DNA of 64,000 nt from Octopus vulgaris (Eukaryota), in assembly GCA_951406725.2 (NCBI GenBank), contig OX597817.1, positions 164,486,001-164,550,000 of the forward strand, written 5' to 3'. The notes below the pieces were generated by a model. The model worked only from the letters and a program-made list of their open reading frames with translations, made no database searches and was not told the origin of the DNA. The position numbers were made by a program, and so were the translations under genes. Below, one piece after another: positions 1 to 62,855 of the stretch; position 1 is the stretch's first letter; every line of letters starts with the position of its first letter.

Positions 1-577
1 TTTGGGAATTGAAATTTAAATGCTTTCAAAATTATATTAAAAATATTTTCATCATTGTCATTTACTTCTCATCTTCAATTTAATATCTGCTTTTCTATGA
101 GTACTGCATTAATTGAATTGAACTTATCCCACATCTTTTTCTCTGCTGGGCCCAATAACATAAGATGTGCTAGAATCATTTTATTCCAAGCTTTCTTTTG
201 TCTACTTTTGTTTCTTCTGCTGAAGAAGTTGCTACATTTTATTATTATTATAAAACTGAAACAAAATTACTGGCCTTGTGCCAAAATTTGAAAGCGTTGT
301 TTTAAAGGTGGAGACTTGACAGAATTGTTAGAATGCCAGACAAAATACATAGCAGCATTTCTTCCAGTTTCACATTCTAAGTTTAAATGCTACTGAAGTT
401 GACTTTGCTTTTCATCCTTTTGGAGTTGATAAAATAAGAACCAGTGGAGCTCTGGGATTGATGCATTCAACTATCCCCTTTCTCCAAAATTTCAGGATTT
501 GTGCCTGTAAGAGAAAGGATTATTATAAAACTGAATTCTTTTGTTCTCATTTTCTAGTTATATTGTTTCTTTTTCAG

Positions 578-49094
<48,517 letters not shown>

Positions 49095-49125
49095 TATAAC
49101 AGCAAATGCCATGATGTACTGTACT

Positions 49126-49345
49126 AATAAAAAAAAAAATCTTCCATGAGATCCAGTTGATCCATTCTAAACTGTTTGTCTTATTATCAAAGTAGGATTC
49201 ACTTTACCCCTCACTTAACACATTCACTCACAGACATTTAAACTCTCACACAAACGATGTGATGTTTGTTTAGCAAAAGGACACAATGTGATATTCCACT
49301 AACATCTATCAGAAAATGTTCAATAAATCAATTCCAGTGTTTTGT
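49126..49345 (+). terminator. Candidate polyadenylation signals of USO1 (AATAAA at 49126 and 49322)
   Basis: Two AATAAA hexamers follow the stop codon, and the second has a GT/T-rich tract downstream. The true 3' end cannot be fixed from sequence alone. Confidence 0.4.
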
Positions 49346-50994
49346 GAGAGAAAAGTCCAATCAATTTTTTTTTTTTTTTTTTTTTTTTTGGAGTTGTTAC
49401 TACTATCAATGACTGCTTCTGGTTGAGGGTTTCCTTGGTAACTGTGACAGCTACTCTGTTAAAAGTTCTTCTCATCTCTCTCTTTCCTAATTCAGTTTTT
49501 TATGTGAACATCTGAAGGTCACTCACTTGTTGTATATTCTACGACCAAGTGTAGACAGATCCTGTTCACAACATTGTGCATACATACAGGCCTCCACATG
49601 GTGACATTGTCTGTATATTCAACCCGCCATACTGCGCCACATCTGATAGAGTTCCACAACACATCTCTAAATGAAGTTACAAAATGATATGATGTGACCA
49701 ACTTCTATATTAATTTGTTTCATAAATATTTACAAAAGTTGCTTCATTCTTTTATCCTTTGTTTCAATAATTGTACAAAATTTCAGCTACATTTTCTTGT
49801 GGGGTTTTTTTTTGTTTTTTTTAAATACTTGAGTTTGAAAGAAAATGAGTTTCTAATTAGCTACTAAGTTTGTCTATAAGTTATTTGCTGAATCAGTTAT
49901 TTTTTATTCTTGATTTTGAAAAGTTGCTAAGAGAGTTGACTGCTATTGTTCTTATTATTCTTACTCCTGGGTTCAAATCCTGCTATGGTCGGCTCTGTCT
50001 TTCAGCCTTCCAAGCTTTGATGAAATACATACCAGTCAAATACTGGAGTCAATATAACCTTACTATACCTTCCAGCAAAATCTGTGGCCATGTGCCTATG
50101 ATAGAAGCCTATGTACTTAGTTCCCTTCTATTCAGCTGTTTTAAAATTCTCTTTTATTCCCTCTTACTAAATTAACAAAACTATTTCTTCCTTAAGTAAT
50201 ATATTCTTGATTATTATATACCTCTGCAATATTACTACTGTTATTACTAAAAGGAAATATATTTTTGAGAACTTTATTCATTGTTTTCATTGACCTTTCC
50301 AACATATAGAAAAATAAATCTTGTTAATTAATGGCTTGAACTAATATTATATAAAAAAAACAAAATCTTCATTTTGTTTTTCCTCTTATAAAAAAAAAAT
50401 CAATATTGTTTCTAGTTAATAAGAATGTTTGGACGTATTGGCATACACTTAAGTTGTATCAGCAACTTGTTCATTTCCAATTGTATGCTCTTCATTCTTT
50501 TGTATGTATGTATGTGTGTGTGTGTGCATACACAAACGACACACATTTATTTCTGTCATCTTTTAACATTAGACTTTTCTCTCTTATTATCTCAGTTATT
50601 CAGGTTATTTCAAAACACATTTCTCTCTGTTCTCACTCTTATTTTGCACACTGTACTTCATTATGTTCAAGTTAGGAGAATCGTTAGAGCAGTGGGGAAA
50701 AAAAAACAAAAAAAAAAAACAATACTATGCAGTGTTTGTTCCAGCTCTTTACATTCTGGGTTCAAATCCTGCTGGGGTCAACTTTGCCTTTCAACCTTTT
50801 AGGGCTGATAAAATAAAGTACCAGTTGAGTATTGAGGTCTGTGGCATCGACTAACACCCACTCTCTCTTAAAATTGTTGGCCTTGTGCCTAAATCAGAAA
50901 CAATTATGTTTATTGTCTTTTACATATTTGTCCTTGGTATAGTTCAGTTTTCATTATATCTTAATTACTTAGATATATCACCTCTTTATATAAA

Positions 50995-51025
<31 letters not shown>

Positions 51026-51715
51026 GCATACACACAAATACATACATGTATGTATATATATATATGTATGTATGTATAGAAACACATACATGCACACACA
51101 CACATGCATACCTCTGCCCATACATATTTATAACTTTGCATCATTAATTATATTTATTTTTATTGTATTTCTGTTTTACATCCATCACTCCATGTTAACA
51201 TTACTGGAATGGATTTTGGCAAATCTAAATATTTGTATCAAGTATTTTCTATGTGAGTGTGTGTGTGTGTGTGTGTGTTTACAATTAGATGCTCTTCCTG
51301 ACATTAATCCAGTCAACTGTAAATTAAAGAAGTGTTATCTAAAAGCCAAAGTTGTAAATTCAGTCTCCAACGATATATAAATGTTTACATTTACAAAACC
51401 ATTTCCCCATATGAATGATAGCAATGGAAAAATGGGTTTAAAACATTGAAAAATAGGAGGGGCGGGGCAGGGGGAATATAAAAATGATAGAAGCTTTATT
51501 TTGTACAAAAGTGCTGGGTCTAGCATCAAATACTGGTTGATATTAAGATTGCCCTGATATGGCCCTGTTGAAGTGCCTAGAGCAGTGTTAGAGTTGTTCT
51601 GATTTTCACTGAATAAAATACACCAAATCCTCCATTTATTGGAAAAGTTTTTGTGTTACAATTGTTTACTGTTTATTCATCTTCCTCAATGTTAATGCGT
51701 GCATGCATATATGGA

Positions 51716-51947
51716 CGGGGGGGCGAGCTGACAGAAACGTTAACGCACCGGGTGAAATGCTTAGCAGTATTTCGTCTGCCGTTACGTTCTGAGTTCAAAT
51801 TCTGCCGAGGTCGACTTTGCCTTTCATCCTTTTGGGGTCGATAAATAAAGTACCAGTTTCGCACTGGGGTTGATGTAATCAACTTAATCCCTTTGTCTGT
51901 CCCTGTTTGTCCCTTCTGTGTTTAGCCCCTTGTGGGTAGTAAAGAAA
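51716..51947 (+). mobile_element. tRNA-derived SINE (family B)
   Basis: Same consensus as the other family-B copies; flanked by an atatatggac direct repeat. Confidence 0.83.
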
Positions 51948-52714
51948 TATATATGGACAGTGGGACATGTATACCTCTTCAAGTGCATAAAGAAATTTGT
52001 ATATAACATGCTCTTTCTTTCCTTTTTTTTTTTATTTCGTTTTTCCTCTCATATTTATCTCAATCAACCCATGTCTGCATGGAACATGGACATTAAACGA
52101 TGATGGTGTGTGTGTGTGTGTGTGATAATCTCTTTCCATCATTTGACTCTGAAGATTCAGTTGTGAAACCAGCTTAAATTTCCTGCTCCTGGATTAGCAT
52201 CTAGGTAATCAAACATTCCACAGACATGTATACTCACTCTTAACATAAGTCCCAGTCAAATGCATTGTATAGCAGGGCAGCACTTTTGAATTACAGGTAT
52301 AATAGAAAAAAGTAATTTCATTTGGATTTGTGCTGTAATTTTGCACATGCACACAGCAAGGAATAACAATTTATACAGAAGTTTTACCTAGAATGTGTGT
52401 GTGTATGCTAAAGTTATTTTATGGCATTCTTTCATTTGAGGCAGCAAAGTTGTCAACTCAATCATATAGTCAATCATATTGGATCATATGATTGTTTGTT
52501 AATTTCCGTAAAAATTTTTTTATTTCTTTATGCTTTGAAGAGAGGAAAAAGTGAAAAGGCAACATTTGCTTTGAAGTGAGAGCAGAAAGTGAAAGACGTA
52601 TGTATGTGTATATGAAATGGACGTGTGTGTGAGAGGGATAGAGTATGAGTGAGTGGGTGAAGGTGTGTGTTGTCATGTATGTATTTTTTTGCATGTATGT
52701 GTAAATGGCATTCA

Positions 52715-52755
<41 letters not shown>

Positions 52756-53065
52756 CACACACATACACATTATCTTTCATATACACATACATAAAAACAT
52801 ATGCATACATCTGTTTTGTATGTATGTGCACATGTGAGAGAGAGAGAGAGAGAGTGAGTGATTGTATTTCCTCATAACTTTTAGCGAAATGGATGTCTTT
52901 TAATGAAATATTTTTGGTTGTGACTTATTTTAATACAATATTTATGTGTACATTTTCATAAATGTTTGTCTGAGTAGAATTCTAGACATACATGAAACAG
53001 AAGCAAATCGAAATATTGCCTGAAAATGACCTCAAAATTGTGCAACCCAACCTCATTCCCGAGGT

Positions 53066-53106
<41 letters not shown>

Positions 53107-53500
53107 CAAAATTAGAAAATGGAGAAACATACTTAAATCAAAGCAGCTTTCTTTATTATAGTACAGATGTAATTTGGAGAAACATTTCTTTCATTATTCA
53201 CACATTGTCACTCTTGTAATGTAATACTGTGATTTTGGTTCAAATTTGAAGTGTGAAACTATTTTCACTTTCTAATGAAACCTGGTCATTGTATAGCAGT
53301 GTCTTTCAAATAACTATAGCTAGTTGTTGGGATAATGTAGAAAATATGTAAATGAAAATATAGTTTACATGGTAGCCGAAAGATTACTGAATGTATTGAT
53401 ACCCCATACATCAAAATCAGCAACTCAGTTTTCGAATGCATAAGGAACATGCGCATGCACACACACACATAAACTTTCTTTTATATATAGAGTATATATA

Positions 53501-53910
53501 GGCGCAGGAGTGGCTGTGTGGTAAGTAGCTTGCTAACCAACCAACCACATGGTTCCGGGTTCGGTCCCACTGCACGGCATCTTGGGTAAGTGTCTTCTGC
53601 TATAGCCTCAGGCCGACCAATGCCTTGTGAGTGGATTTGGTAGACGGAAACTGAAAGAAGCCCGTCGTATATATGTATATATATATATATATATAAGTAT
53701 GTGTGTACGTATCTGTGTTTGTCCCCCCAGCATTGCTTGACAACCGATGCTGGTGTGTTTATGTCCCCGTTACTTAGCGGTTCGGCAAAAGAGACCGATA
53801 GAATAAGTACTGGGCTTACAAAGAATAAGTCCTGGGGTCGAGTTGCTCGACTAAAGGCGGTGCTCCAGCATGGCCGCAGTCAAATGACTGAAACAAGTAA
53901 AAGAGAGAGA
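53501..53910 (+). mobile_element. tRNA-derived SINE (family A), full length with central (TA/TG) tract
   Basis: A-box tggctgtgtgg, B-box gggttcggtccc and an aaagag-type tail; many degenerate copies occur in both orientations. Confidence 0.82.
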
Positions 53911-53934
53911 GAGTATAGAGATATAAGTGTATAA

Positions 53935-54154
53935 CCTTTTTGATACCAACCTGTCTGAAACTCCCTCTGGCTCTATAGTACAAATGTCTTTTTTCAAAAG
54001 TTCTGAATTAAAATCTTCCACCAAACCTTAATCACAATTTATGTTCATAACACTAACTTAATGATAACTAAGTTATTTCACTAAATTCTTTGTTATATTG
54101 AAAATTAATTGAAAGAAATATAGAGTATCTCAACAAAAATATGGTAACAAAAGG
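53935..54154. mobile_element. Probable piggyBac-type MITE (second family)
   Basis: Imperfect TIRs cctttttgatacca / tggtaacaaaagg with degenerate TTAA-like flanks. Confidence 0.55.
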
Positions 54155-55465
54155 TATAAGTATACCTGTATTGATAGATGTCCATTTATACATAATCAAT
54201 TTAACTTTGTGTAATGTTATGTAGAAATCATGTGTGTCTTTCAATTCATAATGCTGTTTATATATCTAACAGCATTGTTCACCCTTTTATGGAGACCTTA
54301 CATGTTCCATTTGCCAAGATGTATAACAGAAGTTGAATTTCCACCTTCAGAAACCAAAAACACTTCAGCCTGAACACACAAGACGCCAAAGTCTGTTATA
54401 CTTCATTATTTTACTTGAGTATCAAAATAATGATGCGGACTTTTATTTTGAACATGTTCCTGCACATTATGTGAATAGCATTTGCTTTAGGATGTTGTTC
54501 AGAGAGCAAATTTCTCCTGGTAGTCTGTGTCTGTAAAAAACACACGCACCAAGCTCTGACCAAAATCAGCACACTACCAGACACTATTTCAGCTTAGTTT
54601 AACCTCCTCAGTGATGGACACCACCTCAGTCATTTGTAGCTAGACAAAAGTTTCTCTTCCTATACAAACAATGCATTTAATACATTTGCTAAAGTATACT
54701 GAGATTTGCCAGTAAATGCTGAGGTTCAAAGTTAAAATAAATTTATACATCATATGTTCAATCCAACTGCGTGGAACCTTAGACAAGTGTCTTCTACTCA
54801 GGACAACCAAAACCTTGTGAGTGAATTTGTTAGACAGAAACCGAAAGAAGCCTGTTGTATATTATATATACATATATATATACATATATATATATGTGTG
54901 TGTGTGTTATCTACTGTTAGCCACAGTACGATTTCTTGCGTTGTTTTAGCCTCTGAATGATACCACCCTGTTGGATATGTAGGTATGCCAACATTCCTCT
55001 TGAATGGAATGCCAGTTCATCACAGGGTTACCTATTTACAGCTGAATGAACTGGAGCTACATGAACTGAAGTGTTTTACTCAAGAACATAAGACTTCACC
55101 AGCCCAAGAATCAAAACCACAATCTTGCAATCATGAGTGCAACAACTTAACCACTCAGCTATGCACCTTTGTGTGTGTGGTTACCATTGTTATTTTACAT
55201 CTAATCTACTTTTCTATGCTGGCATGGGTTGGACAGTTCAACAGGATCTGACAGGTCAGAGGACCACTCTAGTGTCTTAGTTTTCACTTGGCTTTTATGA
55301 CTGGATGCTCTTCCTAACACCAACCACTTTACAAAGTTGGATGTTTTTGTTTTTTTTTTATGGCACCAGCACTCTAGAGATTGTCTTGCCTTTGACAAGG
55401 CTAAAACATTTTCTCACACCATGCATTGTCACTTTTCTGTGTTCACTACTATAGCCCCTGGCCAA

Positions 55466-55882
55466 GGGTGGCGAACTGGCAGAAACATTAGCACGCCAGA
55501 CGAAATGCGTAGCCGTATTTCGTCTGCTGTTAGGTTCTGAGTTCAAATTCCACCGAGGTCTACTTTGCCTTTCATCCTTTCGGGGTTGATAAACTAAGTA
55601 CCAGTTACACACTAGGGTCGATGTAATCAACTTAATCCGTTTGTCTGTCCTTGTTTGTCCCCCTCTGTGTTTAGCCCCTTGTGGATAGTAAAGAAATAGG
55701 TATTTTGTCTGCCGTTATGTTCTGAGTTCAAATTCCGCCGAGGTCTACTATGCCTTTCATCCTTTCAGGGTCGATAAATTAAGTACCAGTTGTGCAGTGG
55801 GGTCGATGTAATCAACGTAATCCCTTTGTCTGTCCTTGTTTGTCCCCTCTATGCTCAGCCCCTTGTGGGCAATAAAGAAATA
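55466..55882 (+). mobile_element. Family-B SINE with a duplicated 3' portion
   Basis: A full unit plus a 5'-truncated second unit sit inside a single 18-bp TSD actatagcccctggccaa. Confidence 0.85.
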
Positions 55883-55937
55883 ACTATAGCCCCTGGCCAA
55901 CCAAAGGGTTGTAAGACAGAACTGAAAGATGCTTGTC

Positions 55938-55976
<39 letters not shown>

Positions 55977-57128
55977 TTACTGCCTCACTGCTTTGGCATC
56001 ATGTGACAGTTTTAAATGAGTGTCACCATCATGCAAGCAGTTTGTCTCCAATCTTCTGTGAAAACATGTCTGGTCATGAGGGAAATATCACTTTTCTTGG
56101 AAACTAGTCAAGAAGGGTATCCACTTATAAATTATCCACTTCGATAAATTCCATCCGGCCCATGCAAGCATGGGAAAGTGGACATTAAATCAGGACAGCA
56201 ATGATCATGATGATGATGATGATGGATGGTGTTCCTGTGCTTGAAAAAACCAATTCACTGTAGAGTTGAAAGTGTAAATGCGAGCTGTAAGCAAAGTTAA
56301 AAGATAGTTTAGTTACAAAGCCATATGTGAAAGAATGAACTTAAAAATACTGATGAAGGTGGCCAAATTCCTTTATATTTGCAAGAATTGACCAAGTATT
56401 TGTTGTTTATCCCTAATATTAAGATTAGCTGTGCTGAACCAGTTGTCTAATCAATAAAGATTTTTAAGGCTGAAAGAGAGGGAGAGGAGAGAGAGAGAGA
56501 GAAAAAATAATCAATACTAACTGCCTCTCACCACCAATGTGTCCCTTAAACAGGGATCCTCAGCTGACTAATAACCATTGATAGTCTGTTTATTATGTCA
56601 GTCTGCACAACTACCATCTCTTACTGTAATCGTGATAGTTGGCTGTCTGTTGTTGATGTTGTCTAACCCAAAAACATCCTTACTCAAGTAAACCTATGAT
56701 CAAAGGAATTCAAGCTATAACCATTTTGTCTTCCTTTTTTTCTTTTTTTAAGAATAGTTTACCATGGACTACATTATCCAATGTGTTTTCTATTTATTTA
56801 TTTAGGTAGTTTTTCTTAAATAGGTAGTTTTTCTTAAATGTGGTTTGAGGGAGATTCAGCTGTTATTTCTAGTGGGTCGAGCAACCATATAGCAGCTGCT
56901 TTGTGATTATAGCAGTTGGTGATTGTGGTAATAGCAGTAGTGGTTGTGAAATGCTGGTTATGGAGTGGTGGTGGTGGTGCTGGTGGTGCTGGTGGTAGCT
57001 ACAGTGGTTGGCATGATATTGGTGGTGATATTTGGCAAGAATAATAATGATGTTGGTGATAATAATGTTATTAACATTAGTTCAATAGTTGTCAGCATGG
57101 AAAAGCAAATTAAAGAAATGATGATGCA

Positions 57129-57159
<31 letters not shown>

Positions 57160-57478
57160 TTAATAATAATAATAACAAAAACAACAACAAAAGTCCACTA
57201 CCACTGTGGGATGAGACTAACAAAGAAATGTCATAAGTAGTAGAAGACCAGTGTCCAGTTTCTAAAGAGATATGACTCATGCAATTGTTGTCCATGAGTC
57301 ATCGGTCAGGCAAGCTGGACACTGCAGAAGGCCCACACCATTTGTCTTGATGCCAGGACAATGGACTGACCCCCTCCAACCATAGTGATGGTTGCTATGG
57401 TAGGTTGGTCAGTTGGTATCTTGAGAAGAGGGAGAGAGAAGGTTAAAAGACAACAGCATTGTATGTTATATGTGTGAC

Positions 57479-57533
<55 letters not shown>

Positions 57534-57599
57534 CGGTGTGTGTGTGTATGCGTGGGGGGGGGCACGTATCTTCAGCAGTTCATACATGTACACAGTATA

Positions 57600-57658
<59 letters not shown>

Positions 57659-57732
57659 TACTTCTATAGACATACATGTTCTTATACAAGCTCATACAGT
57701 AACAAATACACACACAAATATATATATATATA

Positions 57733-57748
57733 TCCTTATCTAAATACA

Positions 57749-57785
<37 letters not shown>

Positions 57786-57876
57786 TTATCTAAATACACT
57801 CATATATATATATATATATCCTTATCTAAATACACTCATATATATATATATATATATATATCCTTATCTAAATACA

Positions 57877-57925
<49 letters not shown>
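57733..57925. repeat. Minisatellite: four units of tccttatctaaatacactca followed by (TA)n of variable length
   Basis: Read directly from the sequence. Confidence 0.9.
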
Positions 57926-57926
<1 letters not shown>

Positions 57927-59039
57927 TATAAATATATATATGCATATAAATATATACAAACACTTATACATACACATATATATATATATGTATATACAAT
58001 GAGAGAGAGATGCAGACAAGCAAACAGAGATAGCATATAAGTATTTGTTCTCTAGGGGGTCAATATTTACTTAAGAGTTGCAAATTTATCTTAGATACAG
58101 TTGTTTAGGGTCCAGTTGTGGTTAGGATATTTAGAGGGAACTATTCAGGAGGAAGAGAATCTATGCTTGATTTCTTCCATAATATCACACACACACACAC
58201 ACACACACACATGCATATATATACACTCAATCTCCCGTCTCTGCATGTAGACTACTTTATAAAGAGACCTTGTGATTTTCTGTAATTTAAATCCAAAATT
58301 ATGATATCTAGAATGTTCTGTTAAAATCTTCACTGAGGGTGAAGAGGTTGCGTCTTAAGACACAATGCTGGAGAATATTCTAATTAAACCATCATGGTGA
58401 AGGAATGTTCCATCGTGTACTCCCACCCACTTTTGATAATTTAATAGATTACACCTGAAATTACAATTCTGACTGATATGATCTAACAAGGGAGCTTCTA
58501 TGTGGTCACTTAATCTGCTGGAAATAACAGCCAAATGTCCATCACATCAATCACATCACATCTCTTAACATCTTTAAAAAAGGAAGAAAGCATTAGATAA
58601 TATAGTCTTTGATGCACTGTGTACATAAAAGATGAGATGGTCACAGATGGAACGTCTTTATTCATAGGTCTGCTGTGTCAGGAATGATCTCGTGCTAAAC
58701 AATTAGGTATACTATTTTATGGCTGTGTGGATAAGAAGCTTGCTTCCTAACTAATTTGGTTTTGGGTTCACTCCCACTGGGCAGCACCTTGGACGAGTGT
58801 CTTCTACTATAGCCTTAGGTTGTCCAAAGTTTTGTGAGTGAATTTGGTAGATGGAAATTCTATTGTTTGTATATGTGTATGTAAAAGTGCTAATACCTTC
58901 TTTGATATGTATATGTGTGTGTATACATATATATATGTGTGTGTAATGAGAGAGAGTGTATCTAATAAACAGAATGGTTAGTGTTTGTATAGCCCCACAT
59001 CTTCCCTAATATGCCATATATATATATATATATATAAAA

Positions 59040-59256
59040 GCACAATTTGAGCATGGCTTATGCCAGTGCTGCCTGTGGCATGTAAAAGCACCCACTACAT
59101 TCTCAGAGTGGTTGGTGTTAGGAAGGGCATTCAGCTGTAGAAACCTTGCCAGATCAGATTGGAACCTGGTACAGCCTCCTGGCTTGCCACTTCTCAGTCA
59201 AACTGTCCAATCCATGCCAGCATGGAAAGTGGGTGTTAAACAATGATGATGATGAT
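59040..59256 (+). mobile_element. RTE LINE 3'-end copy
   Basis: ggaagggcattcagctgtagaaac motif and (GAT)n tail. Confidence 0.72.
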
Positions 59257-59277
59257 ATATGTATATATATATATAGA

Positions 59278-59354
<77 letters not shown>

Positions 59355-59432
59355 ATAAATATTAGGGAATAAATCCAAATTTACAGGGAAAAATCAGATT
59401 TAAGATTGAATCCAATTTTATAGTAAAATATA

Positions 59433-59609
59433 ATATAATATTAATTAGAGACAAAACCACTATTATGCAAATCAAACAAAGAAAGACTTAATCCAATACA
59501 TAAAAAATTTATATAAATTAAAAATTAATTTTTAATTTATATAAAATTTTTTATGTATTGGATTAAGTCTTTCTTTGTTTGATTTGCATAATAGTGGTTT
59601 TGTCTCTAA

Positions 59610-59621
<12 letters not shown>
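59433..59621. repeat. Near-perfect 189-bp spacerless AT-rich palindrome
   Basis: The arms are reverse complements apart from a 1-nt indel; the centre is at 59526/59527. Confidence 0.93.
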
Positions 59622-59661
<40 letters not shown>

Positions 59662-60085
59662 CTCGTTTGGCTTAACAGCCCTCCTTGTTTGTGTTACTGT
59701 TATTCTCCGTTGTCCTGTTTATATTTTGTACTGTCATTACTGTCCTGTTTTTGTTACCATTTTTACCCCTCCGCAAAAAAAATCTTAAATTTTATTTAAT
59801 TTGATTTCTGCGGGAAGGAAAATTTCATTGAAGTCATGTATCGCCTTGACCTTCGAAACGTGGAGTAGATGAAATTAAGGCGACTGAAGAAGGGGAATTT
59901 TCCTTGTTTGTATGTCCTGTACTCTATTTTTCGTTGTTTAAAAGAATGTCCATTTCCTCAGTTTTGTGTTTATGTTTTCGTTTCTCATTGTGTTCGATGT
60001 TTCTTTTTGGTGTCCTGTACCCATATATGCATGTATATATACATGTAGAGGTAGGTACGTACATATATGTATGTATATATGCATA

Positions 60086-60117
<32 letters not shown>

Positions 60118-60159
60118 GCATATATATACATACGTATATGTACATACTTACATCTATAC

Positions 60160-60210
<51 letters not shown>

Positions 60211-60529
60211 TATGTGGGCACAGTATGTCATGAAACATGTACAACAAAAAAGTACGAAGCACGAGTACATGGGACATGAACTATTCTTTTGAAGAACGTA
60301 AGACACAAATGGAAAACAAAACCAACATAAAGAACGACTCTTCATAAGTTGTTGGCTGTTTTTATAGTCTTGTATTTCGAGCATTTAACAATAATATATA
60401 CTTTCGATAAAACAATTGCTCCCACAAAGCAAATTAAATAAAATTTGGGATTTTGCGGAGGGTCAAAATAGGTCACACAAACAGGACAATGAAAACAAAC
60501 ATGAAGGGCTGCTAAGCCTAAACGAGGTT

Positions 60530-60870
60530 GCGGTGGTGAAGGACATGTATAGGCATGAAAGAAATGAAACTAGTATGTTTTGCTGGATGTGCAATGTCAG
60601 TGTGCATGTTCGACAGAGTGTAAACATCTTGAGAGAAAAGTTGGGCATAAGAGGCATCAGATGTGGCATGCAAGAGAGATGACTGCACTTCTATGGTCAT
60701 GTGATGCATATGGACGAGGGCAGCTATGTAAAGATGTGCCAATCTCTAACTGTGGAGGAAACCTGTGGAGATAGACCCAGAAAGATATGGGGCAAGGCGG
60801 TAAAGCATGATCTTCAAACTTTGGGCCTCACAGAGGCAATGACTAGTGACTGAGATCTTTGGCGATACGT
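60530..60870 (+). pseudogene. RTE-clade LINE ORF C-terminal fragment
   Basis: Translates to ERNETSMFCWMCNVS..LREKLGIRGI..ER*LHFYGHVMHM..RPRKIWGKAVKHDLQTLGL..DLWR, an RTE-type C-terminus with stops. Confidence 0.82.
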
Positions 60871-62820
60871 TGACTGAACGCTTTGAGGCGATGCCCCTGC
60901 TTAATCAAAGTCCAATGATTGAAACAAGCTAAAAAAAAAAAAAAAAAAAGGAAAATGAGAAACTGTGGAATGTGTCAAGTAACATTAATCTCGAAATTAT
61001 TGTATAGCAAAGCTAGAGATATTTCTATATATTCTTGCTTAGAACTAACTATGTAGTATTAGTTGTAAGTAGTAAGTAGGTCAAAGGTTAACTATCTGAT
61101 ATGGAAATTTGACATGTTCTGAAAGAACTGGTTTTAAGAGGAAAACAAAATTAGACATATCAAGTGAGCTACTAAATACTAAAGTTCCGAGCAGAGAACT
61201 GGCATAACATAATTGATAATGATTTTGTTGCTGGTGATACCTCTAACAAAATATATTCTCTTCCATCTCTTCTATATTCCACCCACTTAGCAACGTATAT
61301 ATTTGAGATAAATTGCTGCTAATTTAGTAAGGATTGCTTTAAAGTAAAACCATAACAAATCTACCCTCCCAGCATGGTTTATGATGTTTTGTTATTGTTG
61401 GTTTATCTTTTGCTGTTGTTTATTTTATATTTTAGTATTGTGTAGGTTTCCTTCAAAAGTTTATTGCTTTTTGTTTTAACTTCCCTTGTGTGTGTGAATC
61501 TAGTTAAATGTAAAATGTTAGCTTCAGCTAATACCCTGTTACTGATTCTACACACACGTCTCGTCAGTAACAAAATCCAAGTGTTGGATATTAATACATC
61601 CTACATATAAAAACTTGGCCCCACAAAGGTAACTGAGCTACAGTCATCAGCCTACCACCATTATTAAAAGCTACGCATGTTCCCAAAAACTTTCCTCGCT
61701 TTGTTCATATGCAATGATATATAGAGAAACAATGTCACATATCAAAAGTTATCTGATTTTCTTGTATATGCAGCTGAGGCAGTATTTAATTAAAATAGCC
61801 AAATCCACTAAGAGATATTATCTCAGGACAAATGCTGCAGTAACCGGCCTATAAATAGTGTGTATACATTAAATATGATACATAGATGACTATTTTACCT
61901 GATTATATTTTCGCAAATACTGGTTGAAATAACAGATCTACAACACTTAATGTTTAGAGAAGAGAAGGTTATGTACTTATTTATAGATAGATCATTTGGA
62001 TGGAGGGGATTAAATTTGTTCCCTGCATGCTCCCTATCTCCACTAATATCAGACTGGGTTTAAGCGATGTAATTAAGACCACATCACAGCAAATTTACAC
62101 AACAGCCCTTTTTTTGTTATCACAGGCAAATAAGGGACACCCAAAGAGCAAGAGAAATAGTTTGTATTAATAAACAAACAGGAATCACTTCCCCTATGCT
62201 TATATCTAAAGATAGGAAAATAAAGAATAGTTATAGAGATATTGTTGGGTACAGAATATAACTACCACCAGGCTGAGATAGATGAGGAAGCTACTTAAGA
62301 TGATATCACTTTACAATACTAGTTGAGTAATAGCAAACAGCAGGAGAGGGTGGCCAAATCAGCTGCTGCGGTAGGGAACACATTGAGGTATAATACTACA
62401 CCTATTCTTTAAGCCCATTTCTGCTAAAGGAATCATCACACACCATTGCACCCGGCTCCTATGTTATGTCAATAATCATTTACCTATTTATATATAGCTA
62501 ACTATACCGATAGTTACATCTGGGTGAGTGGTGAGCCTAGTTTATCTTTACAGGTTGAATGCATATTATATTAGCTTGAATGTGTGTGTGTGTGTGTGCA
62601 TCTGTGTGTGTTCAAGCTGAAAAACTTTACTAATTATTACTCTGAGATTCCCTTAACCAGTCATTAGACAAATGATCTGTCACGTGAAACTCAGAGTAAC
62701 AGGGTGGAGTCTTTCAACTTAAAATATGTTTTACCTCTTGGCATTAAAGCATTGTTTTTTTCCATCCTGCTTTGCACTGACATGCTTACATCTCTTTCTC
62801 CCATTCTATCTCTTTCTCTC

Positions 62821-62855
<35 letters not shown>

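Noticed and set aside
49126-49139. AATAAA plus an A-run just after the stop codon as a sign of a retrocopy
   Set aside because: The gene has 18 introns in this window. The A-run is genomic and could cause oligo-dT internal priming.
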